Shown piece by piece: positions 23,530 to 35,400 of a stretch of 64,000 bases of DNA. Position 1 is the first letter of the stretch; each line of letters starts with the position of its first letter. The notes below the pieces were generated by a model, which worked only from the letters and a program-made list of their open reading frames with translations, was not told the origin of the DNA and did not search any database. Source of the stretch: Octopus sinensis (lineage: Eukaryota); assembly GCF_006345805.1 (NCBI RefSeq), contig NC_043023.1, forward strand, positions 10,726,001 to 10,790,000. The letters are read 5' to 3'. Made by a program: the position numbers and the translations under genes.

Positions 23530-24510
23530 TCAAATCGAATCAAGTCAAACCAAATCAAAATAGATGAACATCAATGGAATTTGTATCCCTGTGGTACCAG
23601 TGCCGGTGGCACATAAGAAAACCATCCGAACGGGACCGTAGCCAGTACTGCATCGACTGGCCTCCGTGCCGTGGGCACGTAACAAACACCATCCGATCGT
23701 AGCCGTTCGCCAGCCTCGTCTGGCACTTGTGTCGGTGGCACATAAGAAAAACACCGAAAACACCATATCCAAGCGTGGCCGTCAGCCAGCCTCGTCTGGC
23801 ACCTGTGTTGGTGACACATAAGAAAACACCATCCGAGCGTGGCCGTCAGCCAGCCTCGTCTGGCACCTGTGTTGGTGACACATAAGAAAACACCATCCGA
23901 GCGTGGCCGTCAGCCAGCCTCGTCTGGCACCTGTGTTGGTGACACATAAGAAAACACCATCCGAGCGTGGCCGTCAGCCAGCCTCGTCTGGCACCTGTGT
24001 TGGTGACACATAAGAAAACACCATCCGAGCGTGGCCGTCAGCCAGCCTCGTCTGGCACCTGTGTTGGTGACACATAAGAAAACACCATCCGAGCGTGGCC
24101 GTCAGCCAGCCTCGTCTGGCACCTGTGTCGATGGCACATAAAAAACACCATCCGAGCGTGGCCGTCAGCCAGCCTCGTCTGGCACCTGTGTCGGTGACAC
24201 ATAAGAAAACACCATCCGAGCGTGGCCGTCAGCCAGCCTCGTCTGGCACCTGTGTCGGTGGCACATAAAAAACACCATCCGAGCGTGGCCATCTGCCAGC
24301 CTCATCTGGCACCTGTGTCGGTGGCACATAAAATCACCCACTACACTCTCGGAGTGGTTGGCATTAGGAAGGGCATCCAGCTGTAGAAACACTGCCAGAT
24401 CTGACTGGCCTGGTGTAGCCTTCGGGCTTGCCAGACCCCAGTTGAACCGTCCAACCCATGCTAGCATGGAAAGCGGACGTTAAACGATGATGATGATGAT
24501 GATGATGAGA
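23530..24510 (+). mobile_element. Retroelement 3' end with (GAT)n tail containing a 64-bp tandem array (~10 copies, ~23690-24335)
   Basis: agaaaacaccatccgagcgtggccgtcagccagcctcgtctggcacctgtg at 64-bp spacing (23821, 23885, 23949, 24013...); ends gcggacgttaaacgatgatgatg. Confidence 0.8.
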
Positions 24511-24667
24511 AATATTTAAACTGTAACATTTACGACAATAAAAAATGTCCTCATTTGTATTCTATTCCACTTTATGTTTAACACACATGCAAATATATAT
24601 GTGTGAGAGAGAGTGAGTGAGTTTCTGTGTGTCAAAATCACATAAGAGCAGAAGTTAGGCAAGTGTG

Positions 24668-24857
24668 TTAGGTGCAGGAGTGGCTGTGTGGTAAGTAGCT
24701 TGCTAACCAACCACATGGCTCCGGGTTCAGTCCCACTGCGTGGCATCTTGGGCAAGTGTCTTCTGCTATAGCTTCGGGCCGACCAAAGCCTTGTGAGTGG
24801 ATTTGGTAGACGGAAACTGAAAGAAGTGTGTCGTATGTATAAATGTGTGTGTGTGTG

Positions 24858-24895
<38 letters not shown>

Positions 24896-25069
24896 TAAAA
24901 TATAGGCGTAGGAGTGGCTGTGTGGTAAGTAGCTTGCTAACCAACCACACGGCTCCGGGTTCAGTCCCACTACATGGCACCTTGGGCAAGTGTCTTCTAC
25001 TATAGCCCCGGGCATACCAAAGCATTGTGAGTGGATTTGGTAGACGGAAACTGAAAGAAGCCTGTCGTA

Positions 25070-25146
<77 letters not shown>

Positions 25147-25352
25147 TTGTGTGTGTGTCCCCTAGCATTGCTTGACAACCGATGCTGGTGTGTTTACGTC
25201 CCCGTCACTTAGCGGTTCGGCAAAAGAGACCGATAGAATAAGTACTGGGCTTACAAAAGAATAAGTCCCGGGGTCGATTTTCTCGACTAAAGGCGGTGCT
25301 CCGGCATGGCCGCAGTCAAATGACTGAAATAAGTAAAAGAGTAAAAGAGTTC
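24668..25352 (+). mobile_element. SINE family A with duplicated head
   Basis: Two head/body copies (~24670 and ~24905) followed by one tail. Confidence 0.85.
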
Positions 25353-25559
25353 TTTAACTACTGTGACCTCACAATTAAAATAATCCGGGTGCATTCAAAA
25401 CACTGGTTTTCAGAAGAAAGAGGTAAAGGTTCAACTAAACAAATCTCATCTGGGTAGCAATGATAGTCAACTAAATCAAGTACAGGGTGGCAATATCTGC
25501 AGACATGTTCCGCAAATATGTGACATGTATTAAAAATAGTGTAAGTCACACAGATTTAC

Positions 25560-25975
25560 TCTTACTCTTTACTCTTTCTTTTACTTGTTTCAGTCATTTG
25601 ACTGTGGCCATGCTGGAGCACCGCCTTTAGTCAAGCAAATCGACCCCGGGACTTATTCTTTGTAAGCCCAGTACTTATCCTATCGCCCTCTTTTGCCGAA
25701 CCGCTAGGTGACGGGGACGTAAACACACCAGCATCGGTTGTCAAGCGATGTTGCGGGGACAAACACAGACACACAAACACACACACGCACACATATATAT
25801 ATATACATATATACGACGGGCTTCTTTCAGTTTCCATCTACCAAATCCACTCACAAGGCATTGGTCGGCCCGGGGCTATAGTAGAAGACACTTACCCAAG
25901 GTGCCACGCAGTGAGACTGAACCCGGAACCATGTGGTTGGTAAACAAGCTACTTACCACACAGCCACTCCTACAC
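25560..25975 (-). mobile_element. SINE family A
   Basis: Reverse complement of family A. Confidence 0.9.
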
Positions 25976-26499
25976 CTGATTTGATGACATTCTTTCCACT
26001 TTTGTAATTGCATTTACTTAAAATGTTATTTAAAACTGTTTTCAAAGTTATACAAAGCTCCTTACACGGAGCTTGATATAGGTACCTGATTCCAGGTCCA
26101 GGGTCACATCAAGGAAATCTACCATTTTCAGGCCTTCTCTTTCTTTAATCTTCCTACTTTCCCTCCTCGTTTATCTCCTTATACCTTGTCTATGTTCTTT
26201 TGATTTCCTCTTTCTTCCCCTAATTCTTTTATCCCTCCACCCCTTATCTCTCTCCTCTCCTTTCACTTAACCAGTGTTTGTCCAAGCATGAACTTTCTTA
26301 CATTTACTTTTGTGGCTGTGGGACCACTGGTCACTCTATGACTGGACATTAACCTAATGTTGGGAGGCCCCTGGGAGCCCCACTATGTTGATTGCCTTCT
26401 TGTTTTAGCTGAATAAATAATGGCATGAGAAAAGAAATTTCAGGTATGGAAGCAAGAACTGCAATTTGTGGAACTTATATTTCATGGAACAAAGACTAT

Positions 26500-26760
26500 A
26501 GTGTTAATAAGTTTGAAAGCAAACAAATCCTTTCAGGGAAATGGCCCTGCTTGACATGTGGAAAAGGCAAAAGTAGAAACTCCATCAGGTGTACCTCATG
26601 CAAGCTATGTACACATAAGAGGTGCTGCAATGTTAGAGGAATGTCAACATGGAAAATAGTCTTTGTGTGTGGTAGATGTACACGTGCAATAAACACAAGA
26701 AATGTACAGAAAATAGATGAGGTCAAATGCATTTTACTTAGAAGAAGGTGATGAGAACAG
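26500..26760 (+). mobile_element. LINE fragment (Cys-rich region downstream of RT)
   Basis: GKWPCLTCGKG...NSIRCTSCKLCTHKRC...FVCGRC; homologous to ~29965-30170. Confidence 0.7.
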
Positions 26761-27256
26761 AATTCAGGAATCTGGGGCACACAGACTCAAGATTCAGTAA
26801 ATTTTGGGCAATCCTTTTAGACAAATATTTCACAAGAATATCATTTCTCTGCTGCGTGAATGTATCTATGAGAGGTCAAACTGCCTTGAGAAAAAAATGA
26901 TTTACAGATATATCACAGGGATATGGATTGTCTCTTGTATGAGTGGCTTCATGCTGAGATAATTTCCTTTTACGAGAGAATGCCATACCACAGATATTAC
27001 ATTGATATTGCTTCTCTCTTGTATGAATGGATTTGTGTCTAGTAAGGTTAGATTTTTTAGAGAATGACTTACCACAAATACCACACTGATATGGCTTCTC
27101 ATTAATATGTGTAAATTCATGAGAAGTTAAATATCTTTTTATTACAAAGGATTTACCACAGATATTACATTGATATGGTTGCTCTCCTGTGTGAATGGAT
27201 TTATGAGAAATTAAGGTGCTAATCTGAGAGAATGATTTACCACAAATACCACACTG

Positions 27257-28812
27257 TTATGGCTTCTCATTAATATGTGTAAGTTCATGAGTAGTTAAAT
27301 AACTTCTTATTACAAAAGATTTACCACAAATATCACAATGATATGGTTTCTCTCCTGTATGAATGGATTTGTGTCTAGTAAGGTTAGATTTTTTAGAGAA
27401 TGATTTACCACAAATATCACACTGATATGGCCTCTCATTAGTATGGGTAACTTCATGAGAAGTTAAGTCACTTCTTCCTACAAAGGATTTATCACAGATA
27501 TTACAGTGATATGGCTTATCTCCTGTATGAATTGATTTGTGATAAGTAAGAATACTCTTACGAGAGAATGATTTACCACAAATATCACAAGAATATGGTT
27601 TCTCTCCTGTATGAGTGTATTTGTGAGTGGTAAGGTTACCTTTTAGAGAGAATGATTTACCACATATATCGCACTGATATGGCCTCTTGTTAGTATGTGT
27701 AAGTTTATGAGCAGTTAAATTACTTCTTACTACGAAGGATTTATCACAGATATCACATTGATATGGTTTCTCTCCTGTATGAATGGATTGTGTCTAGTAA
27801 GGTTAGATTTTTTAGAGAATGATTTACCACAAATATCACACTGATATGGCCTCTCATTAGTATGGGTAACTTCATGAGAAGTTAAGTCACTTCTTCCTAC
27901 AAAGGATTTATCACAGATATTACAGTGATATGGTTTCTCTCCTGTATGAGTGTATTTATGGTCAGTAAGGCTACTCCTATGAGAGAATGATTTACCACAA
28001 ATATCACAAGAATATGGTTTCTCTCCTGTATGAGTGTATTTGTGAGTGGTAAGGTTACCTTTTAGAGAGAATGATTTACCACATATATCGCACTGATATG
28101 GCCTCTCATTAGTATGTGTAAGTTTATGAGCAGTTAAATTACTTCTTACTACGAAGGATTTATCACAGATATCACACTGATATGGTTTCTCTCCTGTATG
28201 AATGGATTTGTGATGAGTAAGGTGACTTTTTTGAGAGAATGATTTACCACAAATATCACAAGAATATGGTTTATCTCCTGTATGAATGGATTTGTGATAA
28301 GTAAGGCCACGCCTCTGAGAGAATGATTTACCACAAATATCACACTGATATGGCCTCTCATTAGTATGTGTAAGTTTATGAGAAGTTAAGTCACTTCTTC
28401 CTACAAAGGATTTATCACAGATATTACAGTGATATGGTTTATCTCCTGTATGAATTGATTTGTGATAAGTAAGGCTATTCTTATGAGAGAATGATTTACC
28501 ACAAATATCACAAGAATATGGTTTCTCTCCAGTATGAATGTATTTGTGATAACTTAAGCCACTCCTATGAGAGAATGATTTACCACAGATATCACAATGA
28601 TATGGTTTCTCTCCTGTATGAGTGTATTTGTGAGAAGTAAGACTACTTTTCTGCATAAAAGACTTTCCACATATCTCACAGCGATGTTTCTTTCCTCCTG
28701 CATGGATACGTTTGTGAGCAGCGAGATTTCCCTTACTAGATAAAGACTTTTTACAGATATCACATTGGTGTGATAATTTTTCTCTTTCTTTTGGCATCTC
28801 TTCAGGATTCAT
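27257..28812 (-). CDS. C2H2 zinc-finger protein ZNF-1 (18 fingers, 518 aa if the 1-bp deletion at 27788 is corrected)
   Basis: ATG at 28812; CxxC-12-HxxxH repeats with TGEKP/TGDKP/TNERP linkers; a missing T at 27788-27789 (compare 27361 copy) shifts the frame; TAA at 27259-27257; four more intact fingers follow to ~26930. Confidence 0.85.
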
Positions 28813-29192
28813 TATTGTTCTCCAGTACACAAGCACAAAATGTATTTTTTTGTTTCTTCTTTATATATTTCTCGGTTGATTCAAAAAGTTCTACAGCTAT
28901 AATTACAGCTGATCTGATCTTTGTGAATATCTGAAGCTAATACAAACACATTTGCAGATTTTTCCAAGTTCAAGCAGAAGGTCCGATACTTTTGTAAATA
29001 TTCCTGGCAATGGAATAAAGCAAATGTTGCTATTAATTCAGAAGAAATATTTTCAGTTATTTACCAGAGATTTGTTATAGAAACAGGGTGATATATATTA
29101 TTTATAATATCTTCCATTAGTCTTCAAGTGATGATCAATATTCATGATGGATCTGATGTAAAAACTCCTTTATACCACAAACATTTCATATT
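28813..29192 (-). other. Non-coding leader of ZNF-1 exon 2
   Basis: Acceptor tcatttcag|aatatg (AG at 29194-29193); homologous to the leaders at 43972 and 56188. Confidence 0.6.
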
Positions 29193-29779
29193 CTGAAATG
29201 ACACAGAAACAGTAGAAGATATAGGAAAGACTTAAAAAGCAGAGATTCAACAATAGAAAATATAACTACATTTTCATAATGATAAACTGTGGATATAAAC
29301 TTTTACCCCAATAATTAGTCTTTAAAATTCATTTTGTTATTAAAATTATATGATACAACCTTGTGTAATGTCCACATATGCACAGCCTTCAGCTCGTCCA
29401 CCTTCAAGTATTATGTAAAATGCTAAACTACAAAATACTGGACAATAACATTCTACTGTCTTAGGAAACATGATAAGTCACTGTTGTTTAGCCCTAGGTC
29501 ACCCCTCACTGAGTAGATCCATTCAGGAAATTAGTGTTCATGAGTGTCATGACCTTTAGAACAGATCAAACATAAACATCACTATAATTTAGTCACTAAC
29601 TCACCACACACACACACATCTTATATACACACGCTGACATAGAACCAACATTGAACCATTTATTCGCAATATTACCGAATCTGGAACTTAAATATGGTCT
29701 GTCTATAACACTTATTCAGCATTACCTGACACCTTTCGGTCTCAATAACAACATTATCTTTTATAACATCAACTTCTCG

Positions 29780-29819
<40 letters not shown>

Positions 29820-30190
29820 TGGGCTGCCCCTGTGACACCCTCTCTGCTGATCATCTTACAGCTGAATCAATACCAGCAAGAGAAAAGAAATTTCAGGTGT
29901 GTAAACAGGGTCTGCAATTAGTGGGCCTTAGAGTTAATTTAGCAGAGACCAAAGTCTTAATAACTTAGTAAGCAGACAAATCCTACAGGGAAATGGCTCT
30001 GATTGAAATATGGAAAAGGAATATGAAGAAACTCGATAAGGTGTAGCCAGTGCAAGTTATGGATACATAAGATGTGCAGCAATATTAGAGGAACGTCAAC
30101 ACGAAAAATAGTAGATGTACATGTGCAATAAATACAAGAAAATAGATGCTGTCAAATGTGGAGTGGAGAGCGAGTGCTAACTTAGAAATA
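29820..30190 (+). mobile_element. LINE fragment (RT C-terminus and Cys-rich region)
   Basis: GLQLVGLRVNLAETKVLI followed by a decayed copy of the 26500-26760 motif. Confidence 0.7.
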
Positions 30191-30789
30191 GTTGGTAGAA
30201 TGTAACAAGTTAGGGAGCAAAAGACTTGCTTAAGTGGGGTTTTGTCTCTGAAGACCTTCTGCTGTTTAGTTCTGTTGAGAAATTCCTACCATTGTTATAT
30301 TTTAACATTTTATCAGTGACTAGGAAATATATTTTCCACACATTCACTCTCACATGGCTACCATCTACTCAATGGCTCCATCACATATTCACTAGATAAC
30401 CACCATCATTAGCAATTAATGAACAAACTTATCCCTTCGTTTATCTCTCATCACTGTATCTTAGCATCTAACACCAAGTATTTTGTATATTAAATAATAT
30501 CAACAAATTATATAACTTCAAAACAAACATTTATTGTAGATCAGTTTGGAGAAATGTGTAACTTTTATCATACATTGATCAAGTGTGAATTCTATGCTGT
30601 ATCAGCAATTGTATAGGCTCATAAGGGACATGTTTGGATAGGGTTGCCAGATTAGAAAACCATATATACGGGACACTTTTAAAATATATATAAATATAAA
30701 TTTATAAATGCCTACACACCCAATATATTATATAAAAGCAGAGAGATAAGTTAAAAACATAAAGCAAGTATTTTAATGGGTTCTGAGGT

Positions 30790-31150
30790 CAAAATTATTT
30801 AATACAAGCTAAAAAAAATTGGTGTAGCATCATTCATTTTTCTCAAGCAGAGATAAATAAATACCTGGCCAGGTATGGGTGTAGATAGTCTGAACGAATA
30901 CCCGGCTATTAAAAATCGCCTTAAATGTTCCATGTTTTTTGTGTGTATGTGTGCATGTATGCTGTCAACAAAGTTTTCTTTGTGGTTTATCATGTAATGC
31001 CGAGAACCCAATGTTTGTATATCTTTCTAAGCCGTCCAAGAATCACTGTACATAACTGAGCCAGGTTTGATGTATTTTTCAATTGGTGGAAGCAACAAAG
31101 CAACGTTTTCTAATCCACTCAATTCCAGCGAACAACCAAACATATGGGAC
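30790..31150 (-). pseudogene. Merlin (ISXO2/IS1016-like) transposase fragment
   Basis: Minus frame LLPPIEKYIKPGSVMYSDSWTA*KDIQTLGSRHYMINHKENFVDSIHAHIHTKNME resembles the SD-W...VNH...FVD...HTQNIE motif. Confidence 0.7.
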
Positions 31151-31266
31151 ACTTTAATTAGAATATACAATCTATAAATGGAATTAATTGATTATATGTA
31201 TGAGAGCAATCAAGACGATTGCAACGGGAAAAAAAGAAAGAAAAACGCGGGAAACGAGATGGAGAA

Positions 31267-31314
<48 letters not shown>

Positions 31315-31316
31315 TA

Positions 31317-31585
31317 GCAACGATTTGCCTCACCACACACCGAATTTAGAAATAGCAGTCAAAAGAGTTTTGCTGTGGTTTTACTGGGATCTCCCTTTTA
31401 AGTAGAAAGAATAGCCAAAACTCTTTTGACTGCTATTTCTAAATTCGGTGTGTGGTGAGGCAAATCGTTGCTAAACCCTTAATTACTTAGTATTACTTAA
31501 ACCTTCCTTGAATGGGGCTTTTACATGCCGAAATCTACTTGGTGAAATTAATGATTATTTCAAATTAATTAATTTCACCCTATAT

Positions 31586-31587
<2 letters not shown>
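31317..31587. mobile_element. (TA)n-embedded fold-back insertion closely related to the 600-bp unit
   Basis: Perfect 56-bp inverted arms 31317-31372 and 31416-31471 with a 43-nt spacer; the minus copy continues to aatttcaccc|(TA)n. Confidence 0.85.
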
Positions 31588-31633
<46 letters not shown>

Positions 31634-31907
31634 CAGGGACCACTAAAGAAGGGGAATATTCTTTATGTTGTATGTCCCGTTTCTATGTTTTTGTTTTCGT
31701 TTTTCATTGTGTTCAACGTTTTTTTTTATGTCCTGTACCAATGTATGCATTTGTATATATACATATATATGTAGGTATGTATATATAGGTATGTATATAT
31801 CCATATATTTATATTATAATATATATATATATCATATCATATACCATACCATATATCATATCATATACCATATCATATACCATATCATATATCATATCAT
31901 ATCTTAC

Positions 31908-32230
31908 CTGTTATTGCAATTATAAGGAATCTTTTCAATTAAAAATCATTAATTGCGCCAAATTCATTTCCCGACAACGGAAACGGAAGCAAAACCTGAA
32001 TTTCCCTCTCCAACAAATAAAACCACAAAACTCAGTAGCGGTTGCTATGGTGATCGTGGTCGCGGTGGATGAAAATCTTAAACCCGTTTAACAACTTAAA
32101 AGAAAATTCCTCAATAAATGACGTCAAATGTATTTACTTATTCGTTTCGCTTCCAAGGGACACCCGTGCCTAGTTTTGTATCTTCCCCGGATTGTTTTGG
32201 TTTCGTCAGAAATCCAGCTCGATTTTCTCC
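31908..32230 (-). promoter_or_regulatory. Putative promoter/first exon of ZNF-1
   Basis: Donor cag|gtaaga (exon ends 31908); CpG-richer island; perfect CRE TGACGTCA at 32119-32126; cggaa ETS-like motifs near 31980. Confidence 0.5.
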
Positions 32231-32289
32231 CTCTTACGGTTTCATTCATTCGTTACAGAACTGCGATCTACTGGCATTCCGTCGGTTAT

Positions 32290-32445
32290 AATAATGATAA
32301 TGATAATGAAATTATTGTATACAGTGCTCAGGTGCACCACAACTTGTCAAAAAGTGCTTATAAAGCATATGCAGTAATGTACAAGTGTCTGGGAAGCGAA
32401 CAATGTATGAGTCAGATACATGCTTACGTGTGTGTATGGAGGGGA
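32290..32445 (-). repeat. Inverted copy of the CR1 3' UTR and tail at the left edge of the satellite
   Basis: Reverse complement of 32697-32847, including the (ATT)n-like tail. Confidence 0.85.
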
Positions 32446-32489
32446 TGAAATTATTAGCCATCTTACTAACAATAACTCTGAGCACCTTT

Positions 32490-35400
32490 TCAAACTCCAC
32501 CCGTCTAACACCCGCGGACAGGTTTACAAAGTCAGAAAACAGCACAGCTCCCATGACTTTCGGAAACATTTTTTTCACGCTGAGAGTTGCTGAAGCAAGG
32601 AACAAACTGCAGGCATCAGTTGTTAGTTGTCGGAGCACTGCATCCTTCAAAACTTCCATGCTTCCTGAGATTCGCCAACACTACACCTGATCTTTCTCCC
32701 CTCCATACACACAAGCAAGCATGTATCTGACTCATACATTGTTCGCTTCCCAGACATTTGTACATTACTGTATATGCTTTATACGCACTTTTGACAAATT
32801 GTGGTGCATCTGAGCACTGTATACAATAATTTCATTATTATTATTATTTGAAAACTCCACCTGTTTAACACTCGTGGACATATTTACAAAGTCAGAAAAC
32901 AGCACAGCTCCTTCCATGACTTCAGGAAACATTTTTTCACGCTGAGAATTGCTGAAGCATGGAACAAACTGCCAGTATCAGTTGTTAGTTGTCGGAGCAC
33001 TGCATCCTTCAAAACTTCCATGCTTCCTGAGATTCGCCAACACTACACCTGATCTTTCTCCCCTCCATACACACAAGCAAGCATGTATCTGACTCATACA
33101 TTGTTCGCTTCCCAGACATTTGTACATTACTGTATATGCTTTATACGCACTTTTGACAAATTGTGGTGCATCTGAGCACTGTATACAATAATTTCATTAT
33201 TATTATTATTTGAAAACTCCACCTGTTTAACACTCGTGGACATATTTACAAAGTCAGAAAACAGCACAGCTCCTTCCATGACTTCAGGAAACATTTTTTC
33301 ACGCTGAGAATTGCTGAAGCATGGAACAAACTGCCAGCATCAGTTGTTAGTTGTCGGAGCACTGCATCCTTCAAAACTTCCATGCTTCCTGAGATTCGCC
33401 AACACTACACCTGATCTTTCTCCCCTCCATACACACAAGCAAGCATGTATCTAACTCATACATTGTTCGCTTCCCAGACATTTGTACATTACTGTATATG
33501 CTTTATACGCACTTTTGACAAATTGTGGTGCATCTGAGCACTGTATACAATAATTTCATTATTATTATTATTTGAAAACTCCACCTGTTTAACACTCGTG
33601 GACATATTTACAAAGTCAGAAAACAGCACAGCTCCCATGACTTCAGGAAACATTTTTTCACGCTGAGAATTGCTGAAGCATGGAACAAACTGCCAGCATC
33701 AGTTGTTAGTTGTCGGAGCACTGCATCCTTCAAAACTTCCATGCTTCCTGAGATTCGCCAACACTACACCTGATCTTTCTCCCCTCCATACACACACAAG
33801 CATGTATCTAACTCATACATTGTTCGCTTCCCAGACATTTGTACATTACTGTATATGCTTTATACGCACTTTTGACAAATTGTGGTGCATCTGAGCACTG
33901 TATACAATAATTTCATTATTATTATTATTTGAAAACTCCACCTGTTTAACACTCGTGGACATATTTACAAAGTCAGAAAACATCACAGCTCCTTCCATGA
34001 CTTTCGGAAACATTTTTTCACGCTGAGAATTGCTGAAGCATGGAACAAACTGCCAGCATCAGTTGTTAGTTATCGGAGCACTGCATCCTTCAAAACTTCC
34101 ATGCTTCCTGAGATTCGCCAACACTACACCTGATCTTTCTCCCCTCCATACACACACAAGCATGTATCCAACTCATACATTGTTCGCTTCCCAGACATTT
34201 GTACATTACTGTATATGCTTTATACGCACTTTTGACAAATTGTGGTGCATCTGAGCACTGTATACAATAATTTCATTATTATTATTATTTGAAAACTCCA
34301 CCTGTTTAACACTCGTGGACATATTTACAAAGTCAGAAGACAGCACAGCTCCCATGACTTTCGGAAATATTTTTTTCACGCTGAGAGTTGCTGAAGCATG
34401 GAACAAACTGCCAGCATCAGTTGTTAGTTGTCGGAGCACTGCATCCTTCAAAACTTCCATGCTCCCTGAGATTCGTCAACACTACACCTGATCTTTCTCC
34501 CCTCCATACACACACAAGCATGTATCTGACTCATACATTGTTCGCTTCCCAGACATTTGTACATTACTGTATATGCTTTATACACACTTTTGACAAATTG
34601 TGGTGCATCTGAGCACTGTATACAATAATTTCATTATTATTATTATTTGAAAACTCCACCTGTTTAACACTCGTGGACATATTTACAAAGTCAGAAAACA
34701 GCACAGCTCCTTCCATGACTTTCGGAAACATTTTTTCACGCTGAGAATTGCTGAAGCATGGAACAAACTGCCAGCATCAGTTGTTAGTTATCGGAGCACT
34801 GCATCCTTCAAAACTTCCATGCTTCCTGAGATTCGCCAACACTACACCTGATCTTTCTCCCCTCCATACACACACAAGCATGTATCGAACTCATACATTG
34901 TTCGCTTCCCAGACATTTGTATATTACTGTATATGCTTTATACGCACTTTTGACAAATTGTGGTGCATCTGAGCACTGTATACAATAATTTCATTATTAT
35001 TATTATTTGAAAACTCCACCTGTTTAACACTCGTGGACATATTTACAAAGTCAGAAAACAGCGCAGCTCCCATGACTTTCGGAAACATTTTTTTCACGCT
35101 GAGAGTTGCTGAAGCATGGAACAAACTGCCGGCATCAGTTGTTAGTTGTCGGAGCACTGCATCCTTCAAAACTTCCATGCTTCCTGAGATTCGCCAACAC
35201 TACACCTGATCTGTCTCCCCTCCATACACACACAAGCATGTATCTGACTCATACATTGTTCGCTTTCCAGACATTGGTACATTACTGTATATGCTTTATA
35301 CGCACTTTTGACAAATTGTGGTGCATCTGAGCACTGTATACAATAATTTCATTATTATTATTATTTGAAAACTCCACCTGTTTAACACTCGTGGTCATAT

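Noticed and set aside
32490-32850. Possible hammerhead in the CR1 satellite unit
   Set aside because: No CUGANGA core found on either strand.
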